The translations under genes and the position numbers were made by a program. Below, piece by piece: positions 9,543 through 18,567 of a DNA stretch of 61,418 nt. The stretch is from a virus (taxonomy: Duplodnaviria > Caudoviricetes), in IMG/VR virus record IMGVR_UViG_3300034110_000167, positions 1 through 61,418 of that record; one strand, given 5' to 3'. How positions within the stretch are numbered: position 1 is the first letter of the stretch; each line of letters starts with the position of its first letter. The notes under the pieces are model-generated. The model saw nothing but the letters and a program-made list of their open reading frames with translations. It did not search any database and had not been told where the DNA came from.

Positions 9543-10570
9543 GTAATTTAAAAGTAAATTCAATTAACGATGCTAACGGCGGCAACACAGCCAAGCTGTA
9601 TGGCGTATCCATGCGTGACGGCGGGACTGGTTGGGTCAACCGCATCATCAACGGGGATATGCAAGTCGCTCAGAGGGGCAATTTGATTTTGTCTGCCAAC
9701 GGCACAACCTTCGGTGGACCGGACAGATTCTTTTTGACTGTTGGAGGGTTCTCTACTGTTAGCGTGATTGCTCTACAGGCTGGCGCGGTCTTTCCCGGAT
9801 CGGCATACTGCTACCAAATTGGTAACTTGCTAACAACCGGTGGACCAGGAACTGTTACTGTAACTCAACGGATTGAGTCTGCAAACAGCTACGACCTGAA
9901 CTCTCAGCCTGTGACAATCACACTAAAGGTACTGCAACAAACTGGCGCATCTGTAAACGCACAGATTGTTTTGCGAAAGCCAAGCACCAAAGACAACTTT
10001 GCAAGTGTGTCATTGGTCGCCAACTCAAGTCTTATACCTGTTCCGGACTCGACCATTACAACCCTGACGTTCACAACAACGCTCGGTGCGTCGGATGCCT
10101 CAAACGGATTGCAGGTAGAACTGTATTTCCCAACAATGCCCGCTACTGCCAGCAAGCAAATTTATATCGGTCAGTGGCAACTCGAAGCTGGCAGCGTTGC
10201 AACCCCGTTTGAGCGCAGGGATTATGGGCGTGAGCTGATGATGTGCCAGCGGTATTTACCTGCATGGAGTGGCTCAGGGCCAATATCTTCAGGTTGGTGC
10301 GCTGGAAGCACGTCTGCTTTTGCTGAAATCGCTTTGCCAGTTGCTCCTCGCGTAGCGCCAACAGGTATTACGGTTTCAAGTGCCTCACATTTTGCCGTTT
10401 ACAACAGCGGTGCAGGGAGTGTTACTTGTACTTCGGTGATATTTAACCAAGGATCATTGTCTTCTTTGCGGTTAAATGTGGGCGTTGCATCAGGGCTTGT
10501 TGCTGGAAATGGAACGGGGTTTGTGGGTGCTGGTGCAGCGCAGCTTCTTGCTACAGGATGTGAACTATGA
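9539..10570 (+). CDS. Tail fibre / receptor-binding protein
   Basis: NRIINGDMQVAQRG...QLEAGSVATPFERR...ELMMCQRY, a widespread fibre domain. Confidence 0.85.
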   Translation: MSNLKVNSINDANGGNTAKLYGVSMRDGGTGWVNRIINGDMQVAQRGNLILSANGTTFGGPDRFFLTVGGFSTVSVIALQAGAVFPGSAYCYQIGNLLTTGGPGTVTVTQRIESANSYDLNSQPVTITLKVLQQTGASVNAQIVLRKPSTKDNFASVSLVANSSLIPVPDSTITTLTFTTTLGASDASNGLQVELYFPTMPATASKQIYIGQWQLEAGSVATPFERRDYGRELMMCQRYLPAWSGSGPISSGWCAGSTSAFAEIALPVAPRVAPTGITVSSASHFAVYNSGAGSVTCTSVIFNQGSLSSLRLNVGVASGLVAGNGTGFVGAGAAQLLATGCEL

Positions 10571-10743
10571 ACGAGCCAATCTGGAAACTGATGCCTTTGC
10601 AGCCAATGCAAACAACGCAAGTCGTATGGCGGGAATGGCCTGATGGCCGACAAGAGTCATGCCTTGTGACTGCCCCTGAATATTTGAAATGGCTGGACGA
10701 AGGGAATACACCTTTACCACCTGACACTGACCAAGAAAGGTAA
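10567..10743 (+). CDS. Small tail fibre chaperone-like protein (58 aa; absent from the ORF track)
   Basis: Manual translation MNEPIWKL...EYLKWLDEGNTPLPPDTDQER; YLxWLxEGNTP motif; ATGA overlap. Confidence 0.75.
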   Translation: MNEPIWKLMPLQPMQTTQVVWREWPDGRQESCLVTAPEYLKWLDEGNTPLPPDTDQER

Positions 10744-10745
10744 CC

Positions 10746-10940
10746 ATGTCAACAGCACTACAACACACTACCGAAACGGGGGTATCTATGGCAACTAAAG
10801 CTGCCGCTCCCGTAACCGTTTCCCTAGCCACTGTTGCTGGCTACCAAGTATCTGAAATTCTTTTATGGTGTACTCTTATATATACCGTACTTATGATTTG
10901 TCATAAGCTATATTCTATTTATAAGGATGTTACTAAATGA
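10746..10940 (+). CDS. Putative holin / small membrane protein
   Basis: Hydrophobic segments; directly upstream of the endolysin. Confidence 0.6.
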   Translation: MSTALQHTTETGVSMATKAAAPVTVSLATVAGYQVSEILLWCTLIYTVLMICHKLYSIYKDVTK

Positions 10941-11320
10941 CTTTTTATTTTAGTCAAAGAAGTAAAGATAAATTAGCTACTACTCATGAAAAACTACAAA
11001 CATTATTTAACACAGCTATTACTAATAGCCCATTTGACTTTGGTATTACCCAAGGCATTCGTACCAAAGAAGAACAACAGAAATTATTTAATGAGGGTAA
11101 ATCTCAAACATTAAATAGCAGACATCTTACGGGTAAAGCCGTGGATATTGCTGTGTTTGTTAATGGTAAATTAACTTGGGAATTTGATAAGTATAAACAA
11201 GTAGCTGATCATATTAAGCAGGTAGCTACCAAACTTAATATACCTATTGTTTGGGGTGGGGACTGGAAGTCTTTTAAAGACGGCCCTCATTTCGAACTCA
11301 ATAAAAAGGAATACCCATGA
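10937..11320 (+). CDS. Endolysin, M15 family L-Ala-D-Glu peptidase
   Basis: GIRTKEEQ, SRHLTGKAVD, WGGDW..FKDGPHFEL. Confidence 0.92.
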   Translation: MTFYFSQRSKDKLATTHEKLQTLFNTAITNSPFDFGITQGIRTKEEQQKLFNEGKSQTLNSRHLTGKAVDIAVFVNGKLTWEFDKYKQVADHIKQVATKLNIPIVWGGDWKSFKDGPHFELNKKEYP

Positions 11321-11724
11321 TAGCAGATGCATTACTAGGTTTTGGTGGAAAACTTCTAGATAAGTTTTTCCCAGACCCTATTCAAAAAGCAGAGGCACAA
11401 ACCAAGTTAATTGAATTAGCTCAATCAGGTGAATTAGCTAAGATGGCTAATGATACTGATCTATACAAAACAGAACAAAATAACTTAACAGCCAGACTTC
11501 AAGCAGATACTGCTACAGACAGCTGGTTGCCTAAGAACATTCGCCCACTTACCTTAGTCTATATTTTAGTCGCATATTTGTTACTTGCTATCCTAGATGC
11601 GAGTGTTTTAGACATTGCTGATTCATTTGTAGAATTATTAGGTCAATGGGGTATGTTAGTCATGAGCTTCTATTTTGGTGGTCGTACATTAGAAAAAATA
11701 ATGGATATGAAAAACCGGAAGTAA
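11317..11724 (+). CDS. 3TM-type holin
   Basis: DSWLPKNIRPL...two TM helices...SFYFGGRTLEK. Confidence 0.8.
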   Translation: MIADALLGFGGKLLDKFFPDPIQKAEAQTKLIELAQSGELAKMANDTDLYKTEQNNLTARLQADTATDSWLPKNIRPLTLVYILVAYLLLAILDASVLDIADSFVELLGQWGMLVMSFYFGGRTLEKIMDMKNRK

Positions 11725-11738
11725 CCGGTACCTAATAG
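11722..11738 (+). promoter_or_regulatory. Putative phage RNAP promoter
   Basis: TAACCGGTACCTAATAG; one of 8 copies of the motif. Confidence 0.75.
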
Positions 11739-11746
11739 GAACTAAA

Positions 11747-12019
11747 ATGATAGAATATATGGGTGAAAAGTTTGAGGGTTACAACAAACCTAAACGTACT
11801 CCTAATCACCCTACCAAGTCACATGTAGTACTTGTCAAAGAAAATGGCAAAGAAAAGATGATTCGGTTTGGTGAGCAAGGTACACAAGGAAGCCCCAAGA
11901 AAGAAGGTGAGTCTGAATCATACCGTAAACGAAGAGAATCTTTTAAAGCACGGCATGCAGCAGATATTGCTAAGGGTCCATTAAGCGCAGCTTATTGGGC
12001 AAATAAAGTCAAGTGGTAA
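11747..12019 (+). CDS. Conserved basic phage protein of unknown function
   Basis: IRFGEQG...RRESFKARH...SAAYWANKVKW, a pattern common in phages. Confidence 0.8.
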   Translation: MIEYMGEKFEGYNKPKRTPNHPTKSHVVLVKENGKEKMIRFGEQGTQGSPKKEGESESYRKRRESFKARHAADIAKGPLSAAYWANKVKW

Positions 12020-12030
12020 TAAGGACTTAA

Positions 12031-12714
12031 ATGAAAAGAGTACATAAGCAGCGTAATGAACGTATTCAACGTGATGAGCGTTCATTTCATATTCAACCTA
12101 AAACGGAAAATCAACGGTTACTACTAGATGCTATCCATGAATTTCCTATTACCGTCACTCTAGGCGCTGCTGGTGTCGGTAAAACTTATTGTGCTGCTTC
12201 TAAAGTAGCTCAACTATATTTAACAGGTAAGTATGATCATATTATTCTTACCCGGAGTAACGTACCAACCGGAAGATCTTTAGGTTTCTTTCCCGGTGAT
12301 ATTAATGAAAAACTAACGCCTTGGCTATTACCATTAATTAGCGTAATTCAAAAACAATTAGGTAAAACTAAATATGACTATATCTTAGAAAAAGATATTT
12401 TACAATTACAGCCTCTTGAGACTATCAGAGGTCGATCATTTGAGAATTCTTTAGTTCTAGTTGATGAATGTCAAAACCTTACAATAGAAGAATTAAAAGC
12501 AATAACAACTCGATTAGGTGAAAACTCTAAGATGATTCTTATGGGTGATGCTTCTCAATCGGATATTGACAATGGATCGAACATTATTAAATTTTGTAAA
12601 ATATGTGAAAAGCATAATATTGAAATTCCTATTGTACGTTTTACAGTAGATGATATTGTAAGATCAGATATTGTCGGGCAATTAGTAAGAGCCTTTATCA
12701 AAGAAAAATTATAA
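12031..12714 (+). CDS. phoH: PhoH-family ATPase
   Basis: GAAGVGKT, LGFFPGD, IRGRSF, DECQN, TRLGENSK, GDASQSD, DIVRS. Confidence 0.95.
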   Translation: MKRVHKQRNERIQRDERSFHIQPKTENQRLLLDAIHEFPITVTLGAAGVGKTYCAASKVAQLYLTGKYDHIILTRSNVPTGRSLGFFPGDINEKLTPWLLPLISVIQKQLGKTKYDYILEKDILQLQPLETIRGRSFENSLVLVDECQNLTIEELKAITTRLGENSKMILMGDASQSDIDNGSNIIKFCKICEKHNIEIPIVRFTVDDIVRSDIVGQLVRAFIKEKL

Positions 12715-12722
12715 GGAATAAT

Positions 12723-14246
12723 ATGCCACAAGTTAATCAATTAGGTAGTGGTGGTCTTAACAAAGATGTCTCACCGCTTTTACTACCACCAAACACATTT
12801 ACCGATGTGTTAAACGTAAGATTCCGTAATGAATCCGTAGAAACAATTACTGGTGAAGTATTTGGTCGAACACTACCTGTTGCAGCTAACTTTGGCATTC
12901 ACTGGAGACGACCTGATCAAGGGTATAATATCTTTGCCCGTGATGGTTTTATCTACAGAGTAGACTCTGCAGGTAATATCTCAAATATGTTTAGCTCTAA
13001 TGACTCAGTATATAGTAACAGTGATTGGCAAGCCACAACTTTTAACGGTGGGTTTGCTATCATCATGAATAACGGTAAGACAACCCCTTTATATTGTTTA
13101 TATGGTTCTGCAACAGCTCAAAATACATTCCAACCATTACCTAACTGGAATTATTTAAGTGGTTTAATTATTACAGCTAAGGTAGTCAGATCCTTAAACT
13201 ATTCGCTGGTTGCTGCTAACTTAACTATTAATGATAACAACATTCTGACTTACGCACCTGGAACAATTCGAGTATCAGCACAGTCACCTACAGGTAATGT
13301 ACCTCAAGTATGGCAACCTGGCTTAACAGCAGATACCGCTGATGAATTTGAGTTATCCTCTACATCACCTATCTTAGATATGGCAGAGCTAAGAGGTAAC
13401 ATGTTTGTTTATTCAGAAGACAGTATTTCAATGCTGACTATTGGTGCGCAAACCAACGTAAGACCTTACTCAAAAACTTATGGTATTATGAATACTGATT
13501 GTGTTGTTGAGTTTGATGGTAATCATTTTGTTGTAGATAACAATGATGTGTATGTACATAATGGTTCAGGTAAGATTGACCCTATTCTTGAAGGTAAAAA
13601 TAAAGATTATTTCTTTAGTAATTTAAATAAAGCCGCCACAAATAAAGTACATATTGTTAAAGACAGATACTATAAAGAAATCTGGATTGTATATCCTAAA
13701 GGTATTTCTACTGTTTGCAACGAAGCCTTAATCTTTAATTATAAGAACGGTACATGGACAAAGAGAGCTTTAACTAATATTACATATTCATTTAATGGTC
13801 CTTCTAATTTAAATAATATCTTTCAATATGCTAAAGATTCTGTGTATATGACTACAAATACTACAGCTACTTTAGTTACAAATGATACCTATCAAATGTA
13901 TGATGGTTCTAATATTAGTAATTATTTATCATATGTAGAAAAGAAAAAATTAAATACAGGTGATATTAAAGGTAGTTCATTAATCAGTTCTATTTATACT
14001 GTATTTGATAATGTACCTAGTAATAGTAACATTAATATATACGTTAAAGGTCAAAACAATTATACAGATAACGTTACTTTTACTAATGATGATTTATTTG
14101 TTTTTGAACCTAACAACCAAAAAGCTCAAGGTTATCGTGTAGATCCCAGAGTTAACGGTCGTATTATGAATTTTAAAATTGAATCATCTGGATATTGGCG
14201 ACTTGCTTTATACGACTTTGATGCCAAAGCTTCTGATAGGAGATAA
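12723..14246 (+). CDS. Tail nozzle / tail tubular (beta-propeller) protein
   Basis: GGLNKD...NVRF N-terminus; beta-rich; position after lysis genes and before the ejection proteins. Confidence 0.7.
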   Translation: MPQVNQLGSGGLNKDVSPLLLPPNTFTDVLNVRFRNESVETITGEVFGRTLPVAANFGIHWRRPDQGYNIFARDGFIYRVDSAGNISNMFSSNDSVYSNSDWQATTFNGGFAIIMNNGKTTPLYCLYGSATAQNTFQPLPNWNYLSGLIITAKVVRSLNYSLVAANLTINDNNILTYAPGTIRVSAQSPTGNVPQVWQPGLTADTADEFELSSTSPILDMAELRGNMFVYSEDSISMLTIGAQTNVRPYSKTYGIMNTDCVVEFDGNHFVVDNNDVYVHNGSGKIDPILEGKNKDYFFSNLNKAATNKVHIVKDRYYKEIWIVYPKGISTVCNEALIFNYKNGTWTKRALTNITYSFNGPSNLNNIFQYAKDSVYMTTNTTATLVTNDTYQMYDGSNISNYLSYVEKKKLNTGDIKGSSLISSIYTVFDNVPSNSNINIYVKGQNNYTDNVTFTNDDLFVFEPNNQKAQGYRVDPRVNGRIMNFKIESSGYWRLALYDFDAKASDRR

Positions 14247-14248
14247 TT

Positions 14249-15193
14249 ATGAATGTAATCCCACCATATACAGGTAATCCGGAGCTAGACACCTTCCTAT
14301 ACGACTTAGCTTTAAACGGTAGTGGTGCTGGTTCTACAACAACTAATATCCCTAACACAGGTGCAGGTGACTTAACTGAATATCCTTTCAGGTATATTCA
14401 TATTAAATACGCAGATAGTGGCACAGGTGCTGGTTTATCTAATATCCAGACCTATAAAACTTTCTTTGGTATCTTTAACTCTGAGTCTACAACCGAATCA
14501 ACTAATCCAGCTGACTACACTTGGTATGAAATAGCTAATGGGTTTGGTACTCAGAGGAGTTTGTATTACAAACCTCTTGGTGCAAGATCAATTAAGTTCG
14601 CTGTTGATTTAAATTTACCTGATACTACATGGAAGATTGATCCGGGTATTGCTGTTGACCTTGACGTTATTGTTCCACCACAAACAATTGGAACAAGTGA
14701 ACTGGTAGATGAAGCTATTACTGAACTTAAAATCGCTAATGCGGCCATTACTGCAGCTAAAACGAACGTTGCAGCTTTAGATCAAAGCACTGGTAACTTA
14801 AACCCTGATACGGTATCCGCTGATCAAATCCAAACTAATGCTGTTACGGCAATTAAAATTGAAGCTAACGCTGTCACTGCAGATAAGATTGCTGCAAATG
14901 CTGTTACTGCTAATAAGATTTTTGCTGGAGCTGTTACTGCTGTTAAGATTGCTGCAGATGCTGTTACTGCTGAAAAGATTGATGTAGCTAACCTTTCGGC
15001 TATTAGCGCAAATATGGGTAGTATTACTGCTGGTAATTTAAATATTAATAATAAATTTATTGTTGATGGGTCAGGTAACGCAACGATTAGGAGCGCAACA
15101 ACAGGTGAACGTATGGAAGTTAAAAATAATGTAATTAAAGTATACGATACAAACGGAATTCTTCGCGTAAAAATAGGTGACTTGTCAGCATGA
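14249..15193 (+). CDS. Tail needle / central fibre with AVTAxKI repeats and a lambda-J-like C-terminus
   Basis: YIHIKYAD...NPADYTW; (A/N)AVTAxKI repeats; RMEVKNNVIKVYDTNGILRVKIG. Confidence 0.75.
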   Translation: MNVIPPYTGNPELDTFLYDLALNGSGAGSTTTNIPNTGAGDLTEYPFRYIHIKYADSGTGAGLSNIQTYKTFFGIFNSESTTESTNPADYTWYEIANGFGTQRSLYYKPLGARSIKFAVDLNLPDTTWKIDPGIAVDLDVIVPPQTIGTSELVDEAITELKIANAAITAAKTNVAALDQSTGNLNPDTVSADQIQTNAVTAIKIEANAVTADKIAANAVTANKIFAGAVTAVKIAADAVTAEKIDVANLSAISANMGSITAGNLNINNKFIVDGSGNATIRSATTGERMEVKNNVIKVYDTNGILRVKIGDLSA

Positions 15194-15495
15194 GCTACGG
15201 TATTGCTGTATATGATACTGTTGGTTCTTTAGTATGGGATTCAGACGGTATCTTAGCTAGATTAGTTGGAGTTGGAACTGTTTCATTTGCAGCTTTTGAA
15301 ATAGCTGTCAAGACTATAACTATAACTGGAATGATTGATAGCGATGAATTAATTGTGTATGCAATAGTACCTGATGCCCCTGCAGTTAGGGTGTATATAA
15401 CACGATCGGGGAATACAGTATCTTTTAACCGCCCCCCTGCAGCTATAGCGCCTTCTGCATCGTCTTATAAAGCTATAGTATTGAGGAGGTCATAA
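15190..15495 (+). CDS. Tail tip accessory protein
   Basis: MSYGIAVYDTVGSLVWDS N-terminus, typical of genes that follow J-like tips. Confidence 0.65.
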   Translation: MSYGIAVYDTVGSLVWDSDGILARLVGVGTVSFAAFEIAVKTITITGMIDSDELIVYAIVPDAPAVRVYITRSGNTVSFNRPPAAIAPSASSYKAIVLRRS

Positions 15496-16187
15496 TGTAT
15501 GGGTTAAATTGTTTTAATCAAAATGGGGCTACTATTCTAGATATGGAATTAGCACATACACCTTTAATTGCTTCAGGCTCTGTTGTAGCAATAGGTTGGA
15601 ATTTAACAGATTTTAGCGGTCAATTAGTCAATTGTGGTACCAGCTCCCCTAATACCTTACTGTTTGTAAGAACTAGAAATTCTGAAAATTACTTATCTAT
15701 TGGTCAAATAAATGATTCTAGTTTTAGATTTAAGGCTCCAGCTGGGGCTATTGTAGATTGGAGAATGTACGCAGCTAATGGCACTTCCGATTGGTCTGAG
15801 GATAACACTCATGGTCTTACTGTAAGATCACAATCTAACAATATATTATACACTACAAATAAATATCCACCATATATAAAAGCAATTAACGATATTATAG
15901 TTGACGATAGTACATATACCGGTAACGATAATTCTTTTATAAAAACAGTTAATTATGGAATAACGGCATATGACGGAAACATTCCATTTATAAGCGCACA
16001 CTCTTTAACTTACCGATATGTTGTTTACGGTGGATCAACTCAGGTTGGTTATTGTTTAGCCTCTAAATGGTCAGATACAACTACTTGTTCTTTTTACTGG
16101 AAAAGGTATTATTCAACAGGGTTTAGTGGGATATACCAATCAGCCCCAGTAGGTCAAAGACCTGTAAGCGCATTCATAATAAGGTAA
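15495..16187 (+). CDS. Putative receptor-binding tail tip protein
   Basis: MYGLNCFNQNG...HGLTVRSQSNNILYTT repeated pattern of J-associated RBPs. Confidence 0.6.
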   Translation: MYGLNCFNQNGATILDMELAHTPLIASGSVVAIGWNLTDFSGQLVNCGTSSPNTLLFVRTRNSENYLSIGQINDSSFRFKAPAGAIVDWRMYAANGTSDWSEDNTHGLTVRSQSNNILYTTNKYPPYIKAINDIIVDDSTYTGNDNSFIKTVNYGITAYDGNIPFISAHSLTYRYVVYGGSTQVGYCLASKWSDTTTCSFYWKRYYSTGFSGIYQSAPVGQRPVSAFIIR

Positions 16188-16191
16188 TATA

Positions 16192-16626
16192 ATGAAGTAT
16201 TTTTACATAGATTCTTTTGGTAAAGTGCATAGTTGCGTTGAAACAGGTAGTATCCATGATATACCTACGGATGCTATACTTTGGCCTGATGGTCTAGATT
16301 TTTCTAAAGCGTTAGATTTTTATTATAATGAAGTTACATCTGAGTTTTTTAAAGTAGATATCACAAAACAACCCTCAGAATTTTATAAGTTTAACATAAA
16401 AACTATGGAATGGGAATATCAAAAAGAAATGCACGAAGAGTCCTTGCGTAATACTAGAGACCTTAAACTGCTAGAAGTAGATTCATTAGTTACGAATCCG
16501 CTGAGGTGGCAAGAATTATCTGACCACAAAAAGCTAGAATTTAATATTTATCGTAAACAATTATTAGATGTACCTCAACAATCTGGCTTTCCTACAAATA
16601 TTGTTTGGCCTACACCTCCCCAATAA
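16192..16626 (+). CDS. Tail fibre assembly chaperone
   Basis: LRNTRDLKL...YRKQLLDVPQQSGFPTNIVWP. Confidence 0.85.
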   Translation: MKYFYIDSFGKVHSCVETGSIHDIPTDAILWPDGLDFSKALDFYYNEVTSEFFKVDITKQPSEFYKFNIKTMEWEYQKEMHEESLRNTRDLKLLEVDSLVTNPLRWQELSDHKKLEFNIYRKQLLDVPQQSGFPTNIVWPTPPQ

Positions 16627-16628
16627 CT

Positions 16629-17042
16629 ATGCACATCCAACAACTAACCAAAGAACAAACAATAGAAAACTGGCCTACATTATCCCGGTATCTTAAACAA
16701 GTATTACAGCATGGTCAAGGTGAATCTACTCTTACAGATTACTTAACTAAAGTACTTACAAACTACGCTCAGTGTTGGGCTGTGTTAGAGGGTACCGCTA
16801 TTGTGGGTGTTGGATTAACAGAGTTTCTTCAATACTCACAACATAAAACACTTCACATTATTGCTTTCAGTGGTAGTAACTTTGAAGAACAATCTAAAGT
16901 GTTTCCTACAGTAGAAGCATTTGCAAAAGAATCAGGCTGCAAAGCAATTGAACAATGGGGTAGACAAGGTTGGGCGAAAGTCTTACCTCAATACGTTCCC
17001 GGATTTAAGCAAGCCTATGTGGTAATGCGAAAGGATTTATAA
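16629..17042 (+). CDS. GNAT-fold virion-module protein
   Basis: TEFLQYSQHKTLHII...EAFAKESGCKAIEQWGRQGWAKVL; such genes usually precede ejection proteins. Confidence 0.65.
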   Translation: MHIQQLTKEQTIENWPTLSRYLKQVLQHGQGESTLTDYLTKVLTNYAQCWAVLEGTAIVGVGLTEFLQYSQHKTLHIIAFSGSNFEEQSKVFPTVEAFAKESGCKAIEQWGRQGWAKVLPQYVPGFKQAYVVMRKDL

Positions 17043-17722
17043 TGAAATTTACTAAAAGAGGTTCTTTCAAAAAGAACTATGGTGGCGGTGGCGGTGGCCC
17101 AACTACTACGACTTCTGAGAGTATTCCAAGTTGGGCAAGACCTTACTTCGAAAATGTAGGTAGAGCTTCTGAGTCAGCTTATGCAAGCGGCGCATTAGGT
17201 CGGGTAGCTGGACCCTCAGAAAACCAAAAAAACGCTTTTGGCATGGGTAGTACTATTAGAGATGTTGGCACAAGTGGGTTAACTAGTTTATCAGATCAAC
17301 AAAACCGTTTAACCGATATGGCAAAAACAGGTGGTGCAAATGAATTAAAAGATGCTTTAGCTTTAGATGTTGGTATGTCTAATGCAGATATCTCAAACAA
17401 GTTTGGTGCATCAGGTACTTTAGGTTCTGCAAGACAACTTCTTGCATCTAAGACCTCGGAAGATGCTGCTAAAGCTAAGTTTGCACAACAAGTAATTACT
17501 AATAAGAGTGCTGCAGAACAAGCACTAGGTAGCTCTATTGGGCAGGGTGTATCAACCGCTGGTACTACCACTTCTAACTTAGCTAACATTGGTAATCAAG
17601 AGAGAGGTATTGCACAACAAGAAGCTGATTCTGCTTGGCAAGCATTACAAAGATATTCATCTTCTATCTATGGCAATCCTGCAAGACAACAAGCCGTTCA
17701 ATCAGGTGGAGGTGGAAAATAA
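17042..17722 (+). CDS. Internal virion / ejection protein
   Basis: GGGGGG-TTTSESIPSWARPY N-terminus; Gly/Ala/Ser-rich; no Cys. Confidence 0.7.
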   Translation: MKFTKRGSFKKNYGGGGGGPTTTTSESIPSWARPYFENVGRASESAYASGALGRVAGPSENQKNAFGMGSTIRDVGTSGLTSLSDQQNRLTDMAKTGGANELKDALALDVGMSNADISNKFGASGTLGSARQLLASKTSEDAAKAKFAQQVITNKSAAEQALGSSIGQGVSTAGTTTSNLANIGNQERGIAQQEADSAWQALQRYSSSIYGNPARQQAVQSGGGGK

Positions 17723-18009
17723 TGAGTGGAGCATCACCTAATGAAGTTCAAAATTTTGTTAATCAAAAATTTGGAGTAAATGCACCTTTAGCCCAAGTAC
17801 CTTCTGAGGCTGGCACTCTTGCAGGAATACCTGTAATGCAGTCTAGCACAAATGTACCTATTACGCAAGGTGAAACCTTTTTAAAGCCGTATGAAACTAC
17901 TGCTGCTAAACAGGCAATGACAGAAACATCTGGTGGCAAAGGTGCTGGGGCTCCTATAGCCCAACAAAGCAACAGACCCACTGGTAACGCTTATGAAATG
18001 AATACTTAA
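17722..18009 (+). CDS. Small virion-module protein (start MSGASP at 17722)
   Basis: TAATG overlap with the upstream stop; in frame with ORF 17635..18009. Confidence 0.6.
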   Translation: MSGASPNEVQNFVNQKFGVNAPLAQVPSEAGTLAGIPVMQSSTNVPITQGETFLKPYETTAAKQAMTETSGGKGAGAPIAQQSNRPTGNAYEMNT

Positions 18010-18558
18010 ATGGCACAATATCAAGATCCGTGGTCATGGGTTGACCAACAAAAACCTTCCGCGCCCTTAGCTGCTCAAATCCAACCATCAGCACCAGAAC
18101 AAGTGTCTCCTTTATATGTTCAACCAGAACAAGACCCTATGGAACAACAGCTACAAAGTATGGCTATGGGTAAAGGAGTTGAGGCGGTTGGTAAAGGTTT
18201 AGATACTGGTTACAAAGCTTATCAGGCAGGACAAGCAGCTTCTGCAATGGCACCTTTATCAGCTAATGCTGTTATTGGTTCAGCTGCACCTGCTATGAGT
18301 GTTGCACCTGTTATTGCCACACCCGCTACAGCTGCACTAACCGGAACCGCTGCTGCAAGTGGTGCTCCACTGTTAGCTGCTGCTCCGGCAATGTCTACTG
18401 CAGCAGGTGCCGCGCTAGGTGCTGGTGGTACAGCTGCTGCTGCACCATTGGCTACGGGTGCTGCTATGGCTGGCGGTGAAGCTGCATTAGCTGCCTTGGG
18501 TCCAGTAGGTTGGGCAATAGGCGCTGGTTTACTGGCCAAAAAATTAGGAATTTTTTAA
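18010..18558 (+). CDS. Ejection protein with Ala-rich hydrophobic C-terminus
   Basis: ALAALGPVGWAIGAGLLA membrane-interacting motif. Confidence 0.65.
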   Translation: MAQYQDPWSWVDQQKPSAPLAAQIQPSAPEQVSPLYVQPEQDPMEQQLQSMAMGKGVEAVGKGLDTGYKAYQAGQAASAMAPLSANAVIGSAAPAMSVAPVIATPATAALTGTAAASGAPLLAAAPAMSTAAGAALGAGGTAAAAPLATGAAMAGGEAALAALGPVGWAIGAGLLAKKLGIF

Positions 18559-18567
18559 GGAGTCTTT

